Source: a virus | Taxonomy: Duplodnaviria; Caudoviricetes | Reading direction: 5' to 3' (one strand) | Virus record (IMG/VR): IMGVR_UViG_3300033067_000953 | Span: 1-31,875 of that record | DNA length: 31,875 bases | Shown here: positions 15,740 to 25,217 of the stretch, in pieces | Layout of the letters: each line of letters starts with the position of its first letter | How positions within the stretch are numbered: position 1 is the first letter of the stretch | Notes under the pieces: model-generated | Seen by the model: the letters and a program-made list of their open reading frames with translations, nothing else | The model's database searches: none | What the model was told of the DNA's origin: nothing | Program-made: the position numbers and the translations under genes

Positions 15740-16699
15740 TTAAGTGTTCGTGCCGACGCCCTGGAGGAACCGATTGCTCACGGTCATATTGCCCGCGAAG
15801 CCAATCAGTCGAACCAAGGCATCCTGGTTGACGGAGAACCGATCATCCCCAATGGGAACCATGTTCCTTCGGCTGTGAGGCCGGAAGAAAATGTAGTTCG
15901 TGTTGAGGAAATACATGTGATCCGCCGGGCAGTTGCCGCCGTAACCACCGTCCAGCACCACATCCGAGTTCATGTACTTCAGGGAGACGAACCCGGCCTG
16001 GGCAGTCTCATCCGAAGCCACGCGCTGGATGACCTGAAGCTCTTTCAGATAGCGGGTGTAGGTGTTGTTGTCGGCAATAATCAGGTCGGGAACGTCATTG
16101 CCACGGACAAGCTTGGCATAGAGCGAGTTCATCGCGCCAAGGATCGAGCCGTTCGCGGCAGTGCCGAACGCGGCCTGCTGGTTCTGCCAGAAGCTCCAGG
16201 TAGATGCCGAAATGCCGCCCACAGTCGGGGTGGACGGGCTATCGGAAACCAGAAGCTGCAAGCCACCGATCTGCTTGGAGCCCGAAGCCGTGCCGTCCGA
16301 ATACATGTCATAGGCCAGGTTATTGGCCATCGTGCGTTCGGCGTTACGGATGCGCGACTCAAGCAGGTCGATAATACGTTCTTCGCCTGCGTTCTGGAGT
16401 TCTTCCAGGCCAGAGATGGTGATGGCCACCGCCGCCTGCTTGTAGTTGTAGCTCGCGGAGGTGAACACCTGAGACGTCGAAACGTCGAGGGTTTCATACC
16501 CCGAGTAACGCTTATAGGTGCCGTTTTCCGCGTAATCGAGTTCTTGCAGAATCACATCACCGCCGCTTACCGGCTTGATGTTTCCCTTTTTGCTCAGTCG
16601 ATTCAGAATCGCGTTGTTTTTGCTCACGTTGTCCGCGAGCACGCCACTACGGCTCTGAATGGTCGTAGTGACGATTTCTGAAAGGCCAGGAATAGCCAT
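15740..16699 (-). CDS. Major capsid protein
   Basis: 319 aa; IVTTTIQSRSGVLADNVSKNNAIL, IIDLLESRI, DMYSDGT, MYFLNTNY; follows the scaffold gene. Confidence 0.9.
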   Translation of the reverse strand: MAIPGLSEIVTTTIQSRSGVLADNVSKNNAILNRLSKKGNIKPVSGGDVILQELDYAENGTYKRYSGYETLDVSTSQVFTSASYNYKQAAVAITISGLEELQNAGEERIIDLLESRIRNAERTMANNLAYDMYSDGTASGSKQIGGLQLLVSDSPSTPTVGGISASTWSFWQNQQAAFGTAANGSILGAMNSLYAKLVRGNDVPDLIIADNNTYTRYLKELQVIQRVASDETAQAGFVSLKYMNSDVVLDGGYGGNCPADHMYFLNTNYIFFRPHSRRNMVPIGDDRFSVNQDALVRLIGFAGNMTVSNRFLQGVGTNT

Positions 16700-16728
16700 T
16701 TACCGTATCCCTATGGATGGATACGGGC

Positions 16729-17949
16729 CTAGTTGATCCTCGCGTCTGCACCGCCCCAAATCTTGGCGGCATTGCGTTTGATCACGGCCCGCAAGTCTGT
16801 TTCCGGATTAGCGTTCCCACCCATTGATCCGGGGGCGGGTCCGCTTGGGGCTACGGACTTGTTGGCAAGCGCGGCTCTCTTGGCTCTTTCCTGCTTCTCC
16901 AATTCGGAACGGATACGGGCCTCATCGGCTCTAGCTACCTGGGCTGCAACGCTGTCATTTGTGCGGATTGCAACGTCATAGGCGCGCTGGAGAATCTTGG
17001 GGACCGAATCGTTCGGGAACTGGTGTCGGAGAGCGGGAACCAGATTAAACACATCCTCGCGCACAGCATCGAAATGGGGACGCATGGGGGAGCCGCTGCC
17101 GTCCGTGGCATTGGCAAACTCATGGATCTGTTGTTCGATGGTCGCGGTTTGCTGTGTCGTCTGTTGACCGATGAAACCGGTGACTTGCTGCTTAAGTCCG
17201 TCCAGTTCTTGGCGAAGGCTCTGCACTACGGGATGCGAGTTGATATCGCTTCCCGGCGGCGGGGCGTTCTGGCCAAAAACCTTTTGCAGGTCAATGCGGC
17301 TGGCAATATCCGGTTGGGACAGATAATACGCTAGGAACTGCTCCGGCTGCTGGCTGGCGAGGTCCGACAGGTCAGTAAGACGCTTGAGCGCCTCACCTTC
17401 TCCGCCAAACTGCGCACGCCACAAAGCACGGCGAGGCCCGATTATCTGTTCAACTTGGCTATAAGCCTGGTTGATCTGCTGAATCTGTTGCTGGTATTTG
17501 CCAATTTCGCGCGAGGCGTCGGATTGGGTTTTTAGGACTTCGGCCTTAACAACCGGGTCCAACCCGTCCCATTTGGCTTTGGCTTCAGCGCGCCAAGTTC
17601 CCGGAGCTGCGTCAGCCTTGGGCTGCTCGGTTCCGGGTTTCGCCTGCTCTACAGGCTTTTCGGTCTGTGTGGGCTGGGTCGCCTGCTTGGGCGCCTCATC
17701 AGCCTTTGTCTCTTTCGGCAGAAACTTGCCGTCCGGTCCACGCTCGCGGCCATCAGGAGCAGCCGGCACCTTCGCGGTCTGCTCCTTGGCGCTCTCGTTG
17801 GCCTTTTGGACGGCGGCGCGGATTGTGTCGCGCAGGCCGGTCTTGTCGCTGGTGTCTTTCTTGACTTCCGGGGGTGCTGGAAGCTTGGGCTCTACGTCCT
17901 GGACGACTGGAGCCTGATCAACCTGCGGGAGTTCTTCAATATCGCTCAA
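16729..17949 (-). CDS. Scaffolding protein
   Basis: Charged/Pro-rich N-terminus with RGPDGKF, APGTW, helical Gln-rich body; directly upstream of the capsid gene. Confidence 0.75.
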   Translation of the reverse strand: MSDIEELPQVDQAPVVQDVEPKLPAPPEVKKDTSDKTGLRDTIRAAVQKANESAKEQTAKVPAAPDGRERGPDGKFLPKETKADEAPKQATQPTQTEKPVEQAKPGTEQPKADAAPGTWRAEAKAKWDGLDPVVKAEVLKTQSDASREIGKYQQQIQQINQAYSQVEQIIGPRRALWRAQFGGEGEALKRLTDLSDLASQQPEQFLAYYLSQPDIASRIDLQKVFGQNAPPPGSDINSHPVVQSLRQELDGLKQQVTGFIGQQTTQQTATIEQQIHEFANATDGSGSPMRPHFDAVREDVFNLVPALRHQFPNDSVPKILQRAYDVAIRTNDSVAAQVARADEARIRSELEKQERAKRAALANKSVAPSGPAPGSMGGNANPETDLRAVIKRNAAKIWGGADARIN

Positions 17950-18239
17950 TATTTACCCATTGCTCGTTTGATGGTTTCTACTAGCCCCCTATCAACACGA
18001 TTTTCAGGCGGTTTCGGTGGTTCCGTCCGTGCCTGATCCCCTACTTCAATGAGTCTATGCGCCCGGAGCATGTCCCGGTGCTGACGACGCCCGCCGATGA
18101 TCCCGTTGTCCACGGCGATATTCTGGTAAGGCTCAATGTCCTTGATCACCTGAAGCCCACGGCCCGGCGAGTGACGGGGCGGGGCAAGGTGCTTCGGGAT
18201 CAATTGCCCGTCGCGATAGACGTATGTTTCACGCGCCAT
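17946..18239 (-). CDS. Hypothetical head-module protein
   Basis: 97 aa, VIKDIEPY...IGGRRQHRDML; ATGA overlap with the scaffold. Confidence 0.7.
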   Translation of the reverse strand: MARETYVYRDGQLIPKHLAPPRHSPGRGLQVIKDIEPYQNIAVDNGIIGGRRQHRDMLRAHRLIEVGDQARTEPPKPPENRVDRGLVETIKRAMGKY

Positions 18240-18246
18240 GTGTAGC

Positions 18247-18261
18247 TTCCAATTTACTTTT
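18247..18261 (-). promoter_or_regulatory. 15-bp leader motif AAAAGTAAATTGGAA, copy 1
   Basis: Identical to 25218-25232; 7 nt upstream of ATG 18239. Confidence 0.55.
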
Positions 18262-18270
18262 GAGGGCCCG

Positions 18271-18684
18271 TCAATAGATCAACGTGAAAAATTCCTCATC
18301 GTCGTCCTCAATTGATTCCGCCTGAGGTAATTCCGCCGGCAATTGCCCCAACAATTCGCTCATGGTCTGCAAACTGTCCGCGATTTTTACCAGCGGCATT
18401 AGGTCAATGGGCTTTAATTCAGCCTTGGACGAAGAGACGCGCCGAATTATCTGCGAGATGACCGCAGGTTCTGCTGGCGGCTTGAATTGGGATTCGATTA
18501 GCCCACGCAGGGCCAGCTTGTCGGCTAGTTCCGCGCTGTCTTGGGCGTCCTGGTATTTCTTCTTGCGCGGAGTAGGTAGAAACCCACCCTTCCGGCGCTT
18601 GGTCGTGGTGACAACAGGGGTGTCCCCGGTGCCCCAGGCGCTCCCCCACGCAACGCCAAAGGATACGCCCCAGGCATTAGCCAT
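18271..18684 (-). CDS. Hypothetical protein with WG-repeat N-terminus and acidic C-terminus
   Basis: AWGVSFGVAWGSAWG...EDDDEEFFTLIY; abuts the upstream stop. Confidence 0.65.
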   Translation of the reverse strand: MANAWGVSFGVAWGSAWGTGDTPVVTTTKRRKGGFLPTPRKKKYQDAQDSAELADKLALRGLIESQFKPPAEPAVISQIIRRVSSSKAELKPIDLMPLVKIADSLQTMSELLGQLPAELPQAESIEDDDEEFFTLIY

Positions 18685-19278
18685 TTACGGCCCCCAAGGG
18701 TCGCCGGATGTACCAGTTCCACGCACGGTAATAGCGTTGACGGACTCAATATTTGCGTCCACCTGGCCGGCAACCGTAAACGTCAGGCTGTCCGTCTTGG
18801 CCTTGATCGCCGTCACTGAAGCGTTATCTGGCGCGGTGTAGCCAGAGGTGGCCAATCGGGTAGAGGTGGCAACGTCTGTGCGGGTTAGGATGGTTGCAAC
18901 AGAGGTGTTGTCCGGTGCCGTGTAGCTGGCCGATGCAAGGCGGCTGGAAACCGTGGCGTCTAGATTGCTCAGGCCCAAGCTGGTGGCGGAAGTCGGGTCA
19001 AACGCCACTACCTGACACACCAAATCCGTGGGGTCCGCAGCCGTCCCGGTGATGTGCAGTGCTAAGTCGCCCAAGGTGTCGGTATGGCCAGCGGTCAGAT
19101 TGAGGCTGTACCACCCGCTTCCGCGCTCGGTCACGGTTGGGGTAATGGAGGCAAACGCAGCCCCGTCCTTGCTGGCGGTAATCGTGAGGGTTAGCCCCGT
19201 CGCGCCGGTAATGTGGTCCGACGCCAACACCATCATCACCAATACATTGCGGCTAGAGGATTGCTTGATAATCCTCAT
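18685..19278 (-). CDS. Ser/Thr-rich putative virion protein
   Basis: Beta-rich N-domain and two copies of an SRLAxxxYTAPDN-type repeat. Confidence 0.7.
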   Translation of the reverse strand: MRIIKQSSSRNVLVMMVLASDHITGATGLTLTITASKDGAAFASITPTVTERGSGWYSLNLTAGHTDTLGDLALHITGTAADPTDLVCQVVAFDPTSATSLGLSNLDATVSSRLASASYTAPDNTSVATILTRTDVATSTRLATSGYTAPDNASVTAIKAKTDSLTFTVAGQVDANIESVNAITVRGTGTSGDPWGP

Positions 19279-19955
19279 ATGTTCACCACTCTAGAGCGGG
19301 ACATTCCCGAGCCGGATGCGGCTGGGTCAGCCGTGGTCGGGTCGCGCAAGTAAATGCTGACCGTTCCCGGTGTGACGTTGTTCTTGGTGATACCTGCCAA
19401 ATCCGGGCTACCCGACTTGTACGCCTCTAGCTGGTAAAGCGTATTCATAGGAACGGTGACGCTGAACGCTCCGCTCCCGTCGCTCGTGGTCTGTGCCACC
19501 ACATCCAGTCCGGGAATGTTCTGCCGGGCGGTTTCTTCAACGCTCACAAAACAGTTGGCCAATGCTGCACCGGTTCTGTCCATCGTGGTCCCGGTGATGG
19601 TGAACTGGTCCGTCGCCTGAACACTCAAGTTCGTAATGACCGCCCGGCCCCGCTCAAAAGGCACAAGCGCCCCGCAGGGGGTGCTGATACAGGCGTTATT
19701 CCTTACTAGGCCAACGTCGCTCATCAGCTTGTCAACGGTTTGATAAAGAACCGTGTCGCCCAAGAACTTGATGTAGTAATCCGTGTCCTCATCCTCAACC
19801 AGCGGCGTTTGCTGGCTGATTGTGTCGATTAGCAGAAAAGGCAGAACCGGGCCAAACACCTGCCCAACGGGTGACGCCAAGGCCGCTGTTACGGCCTGCT
19901 CCCCTTGGATAACAAGGTCGGTTGGATCGCGCGGTAGCTCACGAATAACGGGCAC
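19275..19955 (-). CDS. Putative virion protein with prealbumin-like (carboxypeptidase-regulatory-like) C-domain
   Basis: TITGTTMDRTGAALANCFV...TTSDGSGAFSVTVP...YQLEAYKSG. Confidence 0.65.
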   Translation of the reverse strand: MPVIRELPRDPTDLVIQGEQAVTAALASPVGQVFGPVLPFLLIDTISQQTPLVEDEDTDYYIKFLGDTVLYQTVDKLMSDVGLVRNNACISTPCGALVPFERGRAVITNLSVQATDQFTITGTTMDRTGAALANCFVSVEETARQNIPGLDVVAQTTSDGSGAFSVTVPMNTLYQLEAYKSGSPDLAGITKNNVTPGTVSIYLRDPTTADPAASGSGMSRSRVVNI

Positions 19956-20176
19956 TAGAGCAATTCTTTCTCAACAATGCAGAGATACTCGCCGTCCGCA
20001 TCCAGCCACGATAAGACCGTACCCGTCGCCGGGGGATCGTTCTCGGACCACACGTCCCCGCCGTCAGCAGCCATTATCGCGCCAGCCCCAGCCAATGCTC
20101 CGTAAAGCGTGGCGTAGATATCAATGAGGCTGTCAGTCTCATAACGCTCGCCGCGAAGCAGGGCGTAAACGGTCAC
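19955..20176 (-). CDS. Small acidic hypothetical protein
   Basis: 73 aa, overlapping start/stop codons on both sides. Confidence 0.6.
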   Translation of the reverse strand: MTVYALLRGERYETDSLIDIYATLYGALAGAGAIMAADGGDVWSENDPPATGTVLSWLDADGEYLCIVEKELL

Positions 20177-20724
20177 GGCGTTAGCTGTTCAATCAAGGCT
20201 TGGTGGACGGTCATCGAGCCAGTGGCCACCGTCTGGGTGAAGAAAATATCCAACGTCAGCGCGGATTGAGAGTTAAACCCTGTACCAACCGCCGGGGCTG
20301 TGTTGTACGGGACCATTTGACCGCCCGGTCCAGGGCCCGTCGCGGGCGCCGCAGTATTGATTGACGCCGGGGACAACCAGAAGCCTTGGCCGATGAGGTT
20401 GGCGCTCGTACCAGAACCAACCGCGCGACACGTCAGCAGAACATTCAGCGAAAACGGCACGTTGGTTTGCGCCACGATATTCAGCGGCATGGCCAGCGTG
20501 TCAAATGCAACCACACCGCCAAGGCGCACGTCAAAACGAGCCGTGCCGGGGGTGGTGACAACGCACGAAATGCGGCCTCGCATGGTAAGACGCCATTGCC
20601 GACCAATCTGCCAGTAACCCGCCGGGAGCGTGGTGGGCGCATAGGTGGGCAAGCACGACGCTGCGGCAGCAGCAGTGAGCGTGGGGCCGTCAGTGTAGGT
20701 GGAAAGTATCGTTTGTACTGGCAT
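20173..20724 (-). CDS. Thr/Gly-rich beta protein, putative virion component
   Basis: 183 aa, RBS AAGGAA just after the portal stop. Confidence 0.7.
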   Translation of the reverse strand: MPVQTILSTYTDGPTLTAAAAASCLPTYAPTTLPAGYWQIGRQWRLTMRGRISCVVTTPGTARFDVRLGGVVAFDTLAMPLNIVAQTNVPFSLNVLLTCRAVGSGTSANLIGQGFWLSPASINTAAPATGPGPGGQMVPYNTAPAVGTGFNSQSALTLDIFFTQTVATGSMTVHQALIEQLTP

Positions 20725-20732
20725 TGGGTTCC

Positions 20733-23015
20733 TTAAACGGTTTCAGAGCCGATCAACCGGCCCTTTTCATCACGGATTGCCCTCTTGGGGCGGTTGAGGT
20801 GGGTAATGGCCTGAGCCATGCCGTTCATAGCTGCGGCAATGGCGGGGCTATGGTCTACAGACGGCTTCTTTTCAGCCTTCGGCACGGTCGCCTTAGCCGC
20901 CATCTCATGGCGTTTCATCTCGGCGTTTTGGGCCAGTTCCTGCTCTTTAAGCGCCCGCTCCTGGGCAAGCCTCTGCTGGCCTAGTGCGTATTCATTGGCG
21001 TTCTTCTCGCGGCCCAATTGGAGAGAATTCTCCAGATCCTGCTGTTTGGCGCCGGCATCCAGTTCTTGCTGACGTTGCTTGAGCGCAGCCTCGGTAGCCT
21101 TCGCTTGGGCGTCTGCCTGCATTTCGGCCTGCTTAAGCTGCATCTCCTGTTGAGCCTTAACCATTTCTGGGTCTTGTTTCGGCTGGTTCGCAATCTGTGC
21201 AATTTGCTGTACCGCCTTTTCAATGGAGCTTTCGAGGGAACGCCCGGCCTTGTAACGGCGGGTGGCGTACAGCAGCGCCTCACCAGCCACAGGGGCAAGC
21301 TGCGGCATTTGCTGCACTATCGGGCCAAAGTTGCCCATGAACTGCCCCAGAGCCGTCAGGAACTCGGTGACTGCCTGCTTGTCCTCCTGTTCATTCATGG
21401 CAATGGTGGAATCCGTCTCAATGTCCACATGGAACGAGCGCATCTTGTCATCCCGCAGTAGCTTAAGCGCGGCTGAGAACTCATCCATGGGCTTTGGTGA
21501 TGGCATCCCAAGGCGTTCGTAAATCTGCGCCATTTGCTGTTCGCGCGGCGACGGCTTACAAAACTGGTCCGCCTGCACCATCTGGTACAAGGTGTCTGGC
21601 TCGTACATCTCCACGGCCATTTCCACCATGATCCGGGCGCCGTCGCGGGCAAACCTGGCCACCTCGGCCTGCAAGTCCTTGATGCGCAGGCTGGCAAACT
21701 GGCCCTTGATGCTCTGAGCCGTAGCGGTTTCGTTGGGGTTGGAGCTGCCACGGATAATGTCGGCGATGCCCGTCACCTGATAGATGACGTTCAGGATCTG
21801 CTCACGGGCTTGGTAAAGGCTCAGCAGCGTATTGGCGATTTCTTGCACCGGCACAAACTGCATAACACCCTGCGTGCCGCCCTTCTGCACCAAGGCATTC
21901 CAGTTGCTCACCGGGATCATAATGTTATCGGGCGTGCCGTTGGGGCTTAGCAGGCGCGATAGCTCAGTCACCGACGAATCATAGACGCCGGCAAGCTTTA
22001 GACCGTCCGTGAACCGCCCAATGCGGTTGGTAATCTTGTCCAGCTCGGCGGCTTGGTCCTGATACTGGAGGTAGTAAGCAATCGGCGTCAGGCTGTCGTT
22101 AGTCAGGTTCGACCACAGCGGGCGCGGGAACGGCCAAAAGGCTTCCAGGTCTACCGGCGGATCAATCTCATCCAGGTAATCCTTGTGGGATTTGTGGACC
22201 CAACAGACCTTTTTGTGTTCCTTGTCCCAGACTTCGTAAATCCGGGCCGTGTCGTGGACCATATCCGGGGCTGCATCGCGCTTTTCCCCGTTGTTATCGG
22301 CCTTCTCATCCATGGGGATGGTGAGCGCCATTTTCTCGCCAAACCTTTTGACCAATTGCTTCTTGGTCATGTGACAAATACGCCACGCGCGGGTTACTTC
22401 CTGCCATGTGCGCTTGGGGGAATGACCGAAGTCACGCCAGTCCACATAGAACGGCTCAACCTTCTCTTTGATTTTCTCTAGCTCTGACTCTGGCTCATCT
22501 TCGCCGTCATCATCCTCATCTGAACCCATCGGGGCTTCGACCTCGGACAATTCGGCCATGTAATTAATCCACGACACGCCACGGCCCGGCAGCAACAAAT
22601 CTTGCACGCACAGGCGCATAACGTTGTCGTAGGGGCTGGTTTCCAAGAGGTAGTTGCCGGCGCGTTCCGCAATCTCACAGGCGGTACGGCCTACCGGGTC
22701 GGCGTCCTTAAACCGGCGTTCCACCTGAACACGGGGAAGCCGGGCGTACAGCGTAGGCTTCAGGGTTTCTGTGTTGCTCCACAGGATGTTCATCTTGCGG
22801 GAGACAACACGCAGGTTCGTGGCCTCCGACCGCTCATCCCGGTAGCGGCGGATGATCTGCTTGCCGCGCTGTTCCCATTTCTGAAACTCCTTCTCATACG
22901 CCTGGATTTCCGCAATGGCGTCAAAGGCCGTCCCTACTGCCCCGTCACGGCCTGCCGTGGGGTCGTGGTCAAGCTGGTTGCTGTAAGCGTCGGATTGCTG
23001 TCCTACGGCCATCAA
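20733..23015 (-). CDS. Portal protein
   Basis: 760 aa after TerL; NILWSN...PTLY, IYQVTGIADIIRG, IETDSTI; long Gln-rich C-terminal coiled coil as in P22-type portals. Confidence 0.88.
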   Translation of the reverse strand: MMAVGQQSDAYSNQLDHDPTAGRDGAVGTAFDAIAEIQAYEKEFQKWEQRGKQIIRRYRDERSEATNLRVVSRKMNILWSNTETLKPTLYARLPRVQVERRFKDADPVGRTACEIAERAGNYLLETSPYDNVMRLCVQDLLLPGRGVSWINYMAELSEVEAPMGSDEDDDGEDEPESELEKIKEKVEPFYVDWRDFGHSPKRTWQEVTRAWRICHMTKKQLVKRFGEKMALTIPMDEKADNNGEKRDAAPDMVHDTARIYEVWDKEHKKVCWVHKSHKDYLDEIDPPVDLEAFWPFPRPLWSNLTNDSLTPIAYYLQYQDQAAELDKITNRIGRFTDGLKLAGVYDSSVTELSRLLSPNGTPDNIMIPVSNWNALVQKGGTQGVMQFVPVQEIANTLLSLYQAREQILNVIYQVTGIADIIRGSSNPNETATAQSIKGQFASLRIKDLQAEVARFARDGARIMVEMAVEMYEPDTLYQMVQADQFCKPSPREQQMAQIYERLGMPSPKPMDEFSAALKLLRDDKMRSFHVDIETDSTIAMNEQEDKQAVTEFLTALGQFMGNFGPIVQQMPQLAPVAGEALLYATRRYKAGRSLESSIEKAVQQIAQIANQPKQDPEMVKAQQEMQLKQAEMQADAQAKATEAALKQRQQELDAGAKQQDLENSLQLGREKNANEYALGQQRLAQERALKEQELAQNAEMKRHEMAAKATVPKAEKKPSVDHSPAIAAAMNGMAQAITHLNRPKRAIRDEKGRLIGSETV

Positions 23016-23197
23016 TAATCTCCGCCGCCCGCTTGGGGGGCCCTATTGAGTAATGCGGCCTCAGCAACTTGGGATATCGCCCCAGGACCAGCTATGGATT
23101 TGATCTTCTCAAGCGCGACTAGGCATCGCTGCAAATGTTCAATCGCCTTCTGAGCCGCGCGCCAGTTGTTCGGGTCGGACAGTTCGGCGGCGTTCAT
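23012..23197 (-). CDS. Small hypothetical protein between TerL and portal
   Basis: 61 aa with 4-nt overlaps at both ends. Confidence 0.55.
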   Translation of the reverse strand: MNAAELSDPNNWRAAQKAIEHLQRCLVALEKIKSIAGPGAISQVAEAALLNRAPQAGGGDY

Positions 23198-24576
23198 ATC
23201 CGCATCTCATCCACATTCGACTGCCCCGACCACGCTTCGTTGAGCGTAGGCGCGCGGAAAACCCCGCTAGGCTTAGCCGCAGGATTGTCCTCTGTGTAAC
23301 TGACCGCTAAGTACCGGAACCCGTCCGATGGATGGGACGCCCAGTTGTGCAGCGGTTTAGGTTTGAACACCTTCCGGTCCTCATCCCATTCCCGCTGATA
23401 TTGCCGCAGAGCTTCTAGCCCCTGCTTGCATCGTCCGGCGTCAAACCAGCATCTCGGCAGTATAGCACGGACTGCCTGTATCCCATCCTGCAAATCTAGA
23501 TTGGGAACGACGCGAATTGAGTTAATGCCAAGGTGTGCCGCAAGCTGCTCAATGATCGACTTGCCACCCGACGCCAGGGTTTTGGGCACAGCGTCCCACG
23601 GCACATTGTGCTTGGCGTAAGTATAAGGCTTGGACTGTAGGTGCTTGGCGTAGTGAACGATATCCTGCCCGCTGGCCTGGTAGTAATCGATGATGCGGAT
23701 TTCCTGGCGGACTACCTGATAGAACCAAATAGCCGTGTCGTCGGTGTAGCCCAAATCCCATGCGGTATGGACGGGCAGTAGGCGGTCCCAGTCCACGGTG
23801 CCGATGCGGCCTTGTTCCTCAATGTCAGCGATGATCCGCGCGTAGTAGCTGCCGACTAGCGGCGCGTCAAAGTCGCACAGGTATTCTTGGCGAAAACGGG
23901 CCTCCCCATCGTCCGGGCCCAGCTCCCGCATATACTCAAGGCGCTCTTTCTCTAGATCTTCAGGGCTGAATACACCCGTGTCCTTGGCGCTGAGCTTTTG
24001 AGCAAACCAATCTGGATCACCCTTGGCGCCTTCAAACATCTGTACTGCGTGATTTCGCCCGCGTGGCGTAAAATTGAAGAGCGCCCACCCGCCGTTTTCC
24101 CGGAGGATAGGCCGTAAATACGACCATGCAGACGGATTAGACAGCGACCATTCCGAAAAGACGCAGCCCACAGGAGGCGAGCCAACCAGAGAATTAAAGT
24201 TGTCCGACCCAACAACCTGCCAGGTGCTGCCATTCTTAAGCTCCAGATACATCTCATTGTTGCGGGTCCGGGCCCTGATTTCAGGCGGGAAAGCCCAGTC
24301 AATGCGCTTCTTGCCGGTGTGGGGGTCTACCGCGTCCCAAATGGCTTTGCGGGCTTGGCTGGCCTGCGGGAGCATGTACCAATACGTGCCCACTCGCTGC
24401 ATAGCCGCAGTGGCCGTCCAATGCAGCCCAACATCGTCTTTGCCGGCGCGACGGTGGAATGTGTATATCCCGCGCTTGCAGCCCTGCTCTAAGGCTGTCC
24501 AAAGCGCCATCTGATAGGCGCGCGGCTTCCAATTATTTGGAATCAGTATTTCCGGCAACGTCGCTAAACCGGACAA
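23194..24576 (-). CDS. terL: Terminase large subunit
   Basis: PRAYQ, Walker A HRRAGKD, Walker B VFSEW, TPRGRN, nuclease AWDLG..DDTAIW, HNWASHPSDGFRY; start uncertain (TTG 24576 or 24558). Confidence 0.95.
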   Translation of the reverse strand: MSGLATLPEILIPNNWKPRAYQMALWTALEQGCKRGIYTFHRRAGKDDVGLHWTATAAMQRVGTYWYMLPQASQARKAIWDAVDPHTGKKRIDWAFPPEIRARTRNNEMYLELKNGSTWQVVGSDNFNSLVGSPPVGCVFSEWSLSNPSAWSYLRPILRENGGWALFNFTPRGRNHAVQMFEGAKGDPDWFAQKLSAKDTGVFSPEDLEKERLEYMRELGPDDGEARFRQEYLCDFDAPLVGSYYARIIADIEEQGRIGTVDWDRLLPVHTAWDLGYTDDTAIWFYQVVRQEIRIIDYYQASGQDIVHYAKHLQSKPYTYAKHNVPWDAVPKTLASGGKSIIEQLAAHLGINSIRVVPNLDLQDGIQAVRAILPRCWFDAGRCKQGLEALRQYQREWDEDRKVFKPKPLHNWASHPSDGFRYLAVSYTEDNPAAKPSGVFRAPTLNEAWSGQSNVDEMRI

Positions 24577-24799
24577 TCTTTACGGTGAAATCGCCCTTTA
24601 CCGTGGTATCGCTTTGGCTGAGAGACGGCAGGACTTTATCTAATAGCCCCAAGGCAATTCTGGCTTGGGTCTGCGTCATATCCCGCTGCCCAAGCACATG
24701 TTTAATCATTTCTTTTTCAAGCATACTGGCCCGGATGCGCTCACGCACTTGATCCGGCCATGGGATATCTTTTGTGCCCTTAGTCTTTCGAGCTGCCAT
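24533..24799 (-). CDS. terS: Terminase small subunit (by position)
   Basis: 88 aa helical basic protein overlapping the TerL start; LLDKVLPSL. Confidence 0.7.
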   Translation of the reverse strand: MAARKTKGTKDIPWPDQVRERIRASMLEKEMIKHVLGQRDMTQTQARIALGLLDKVLPSLSQSDTTVKGDFTVKIVRFSDVAGNTDSK

Positions 24800-24816
24800 T
24801 GGTGATTAGTTCAATA

Positions 24817-24832
24817 TGTTCCACATGGAACA
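24817..24832. promoter_or_regulatory. parS-like 16-bp palindrome TGTTCCACATGGAACA
   Basis: One mismatch from the parS form TGTTCCACGTGGAACA; intergenic, 17 nt upstream of terS. Confidence 0.6.
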
Positions 24833-24876
24833 AGTTAATTGGTGCATTGTTCTGCACGCAGATGGACTGGGCGAAC

Positions 24877-25209
24877 TCACGTAGGTCCGCCATCCTTGAA
24901 GCTGCTTGCCGGTCCATCTCCCGCTCCTTGGCGGTAGATTCCGACGATGCCGTCTTTGGCAATGTCCTCTGCGGATTTGTACGGGGTGGAAAGTGGCTCC
25001 CCAATCGAGATGCGTCCATTGTTGTCCTGCTCGATCTGGCGGTAAGTGTTCTTCACATCGGCCAGCTTGTACTTGGCGATGCTCAGCATTGACTGGGCCT
25101 GCTTGACGTCGCCTCCGGTGTCCTTGGCCACCTTGAGGGCGCATTCCGCGTTCTTCACGTCGGATTCAAGCTTGGCGATGCTTTCGAGATTGGTAATCCA
25201 ATGACCCAT
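24877..25209 (-). CDS. Hypothetical coiled-coil protein
   Basis: 110 aa in operon. Confidence 0.6.
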   Translation of the reverse strand: MGHWITNLESIAKLESDVKNAECALKVAKDTGGDVKQAQSMLSIAKYKLADVKNTYRQIEQDNNGRISIGEPLSTPYKSAEDIAKDGIVGIYRQGAGDGPASSFKDGGPT

Positions 25210-25217
25210 GCGGTTGG

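Noticed and set aside
15296-16681. 461-aa plus-strand ORF
   Set aside because: Antisense shadow of the capsid and decoration genes; no recognisable motifs. The same applies to most other overlapping ORFs in the track.
18225-18233. Second parS site (TGTTTCACG)
   Set aside because: Half-site only, inside a coding start.
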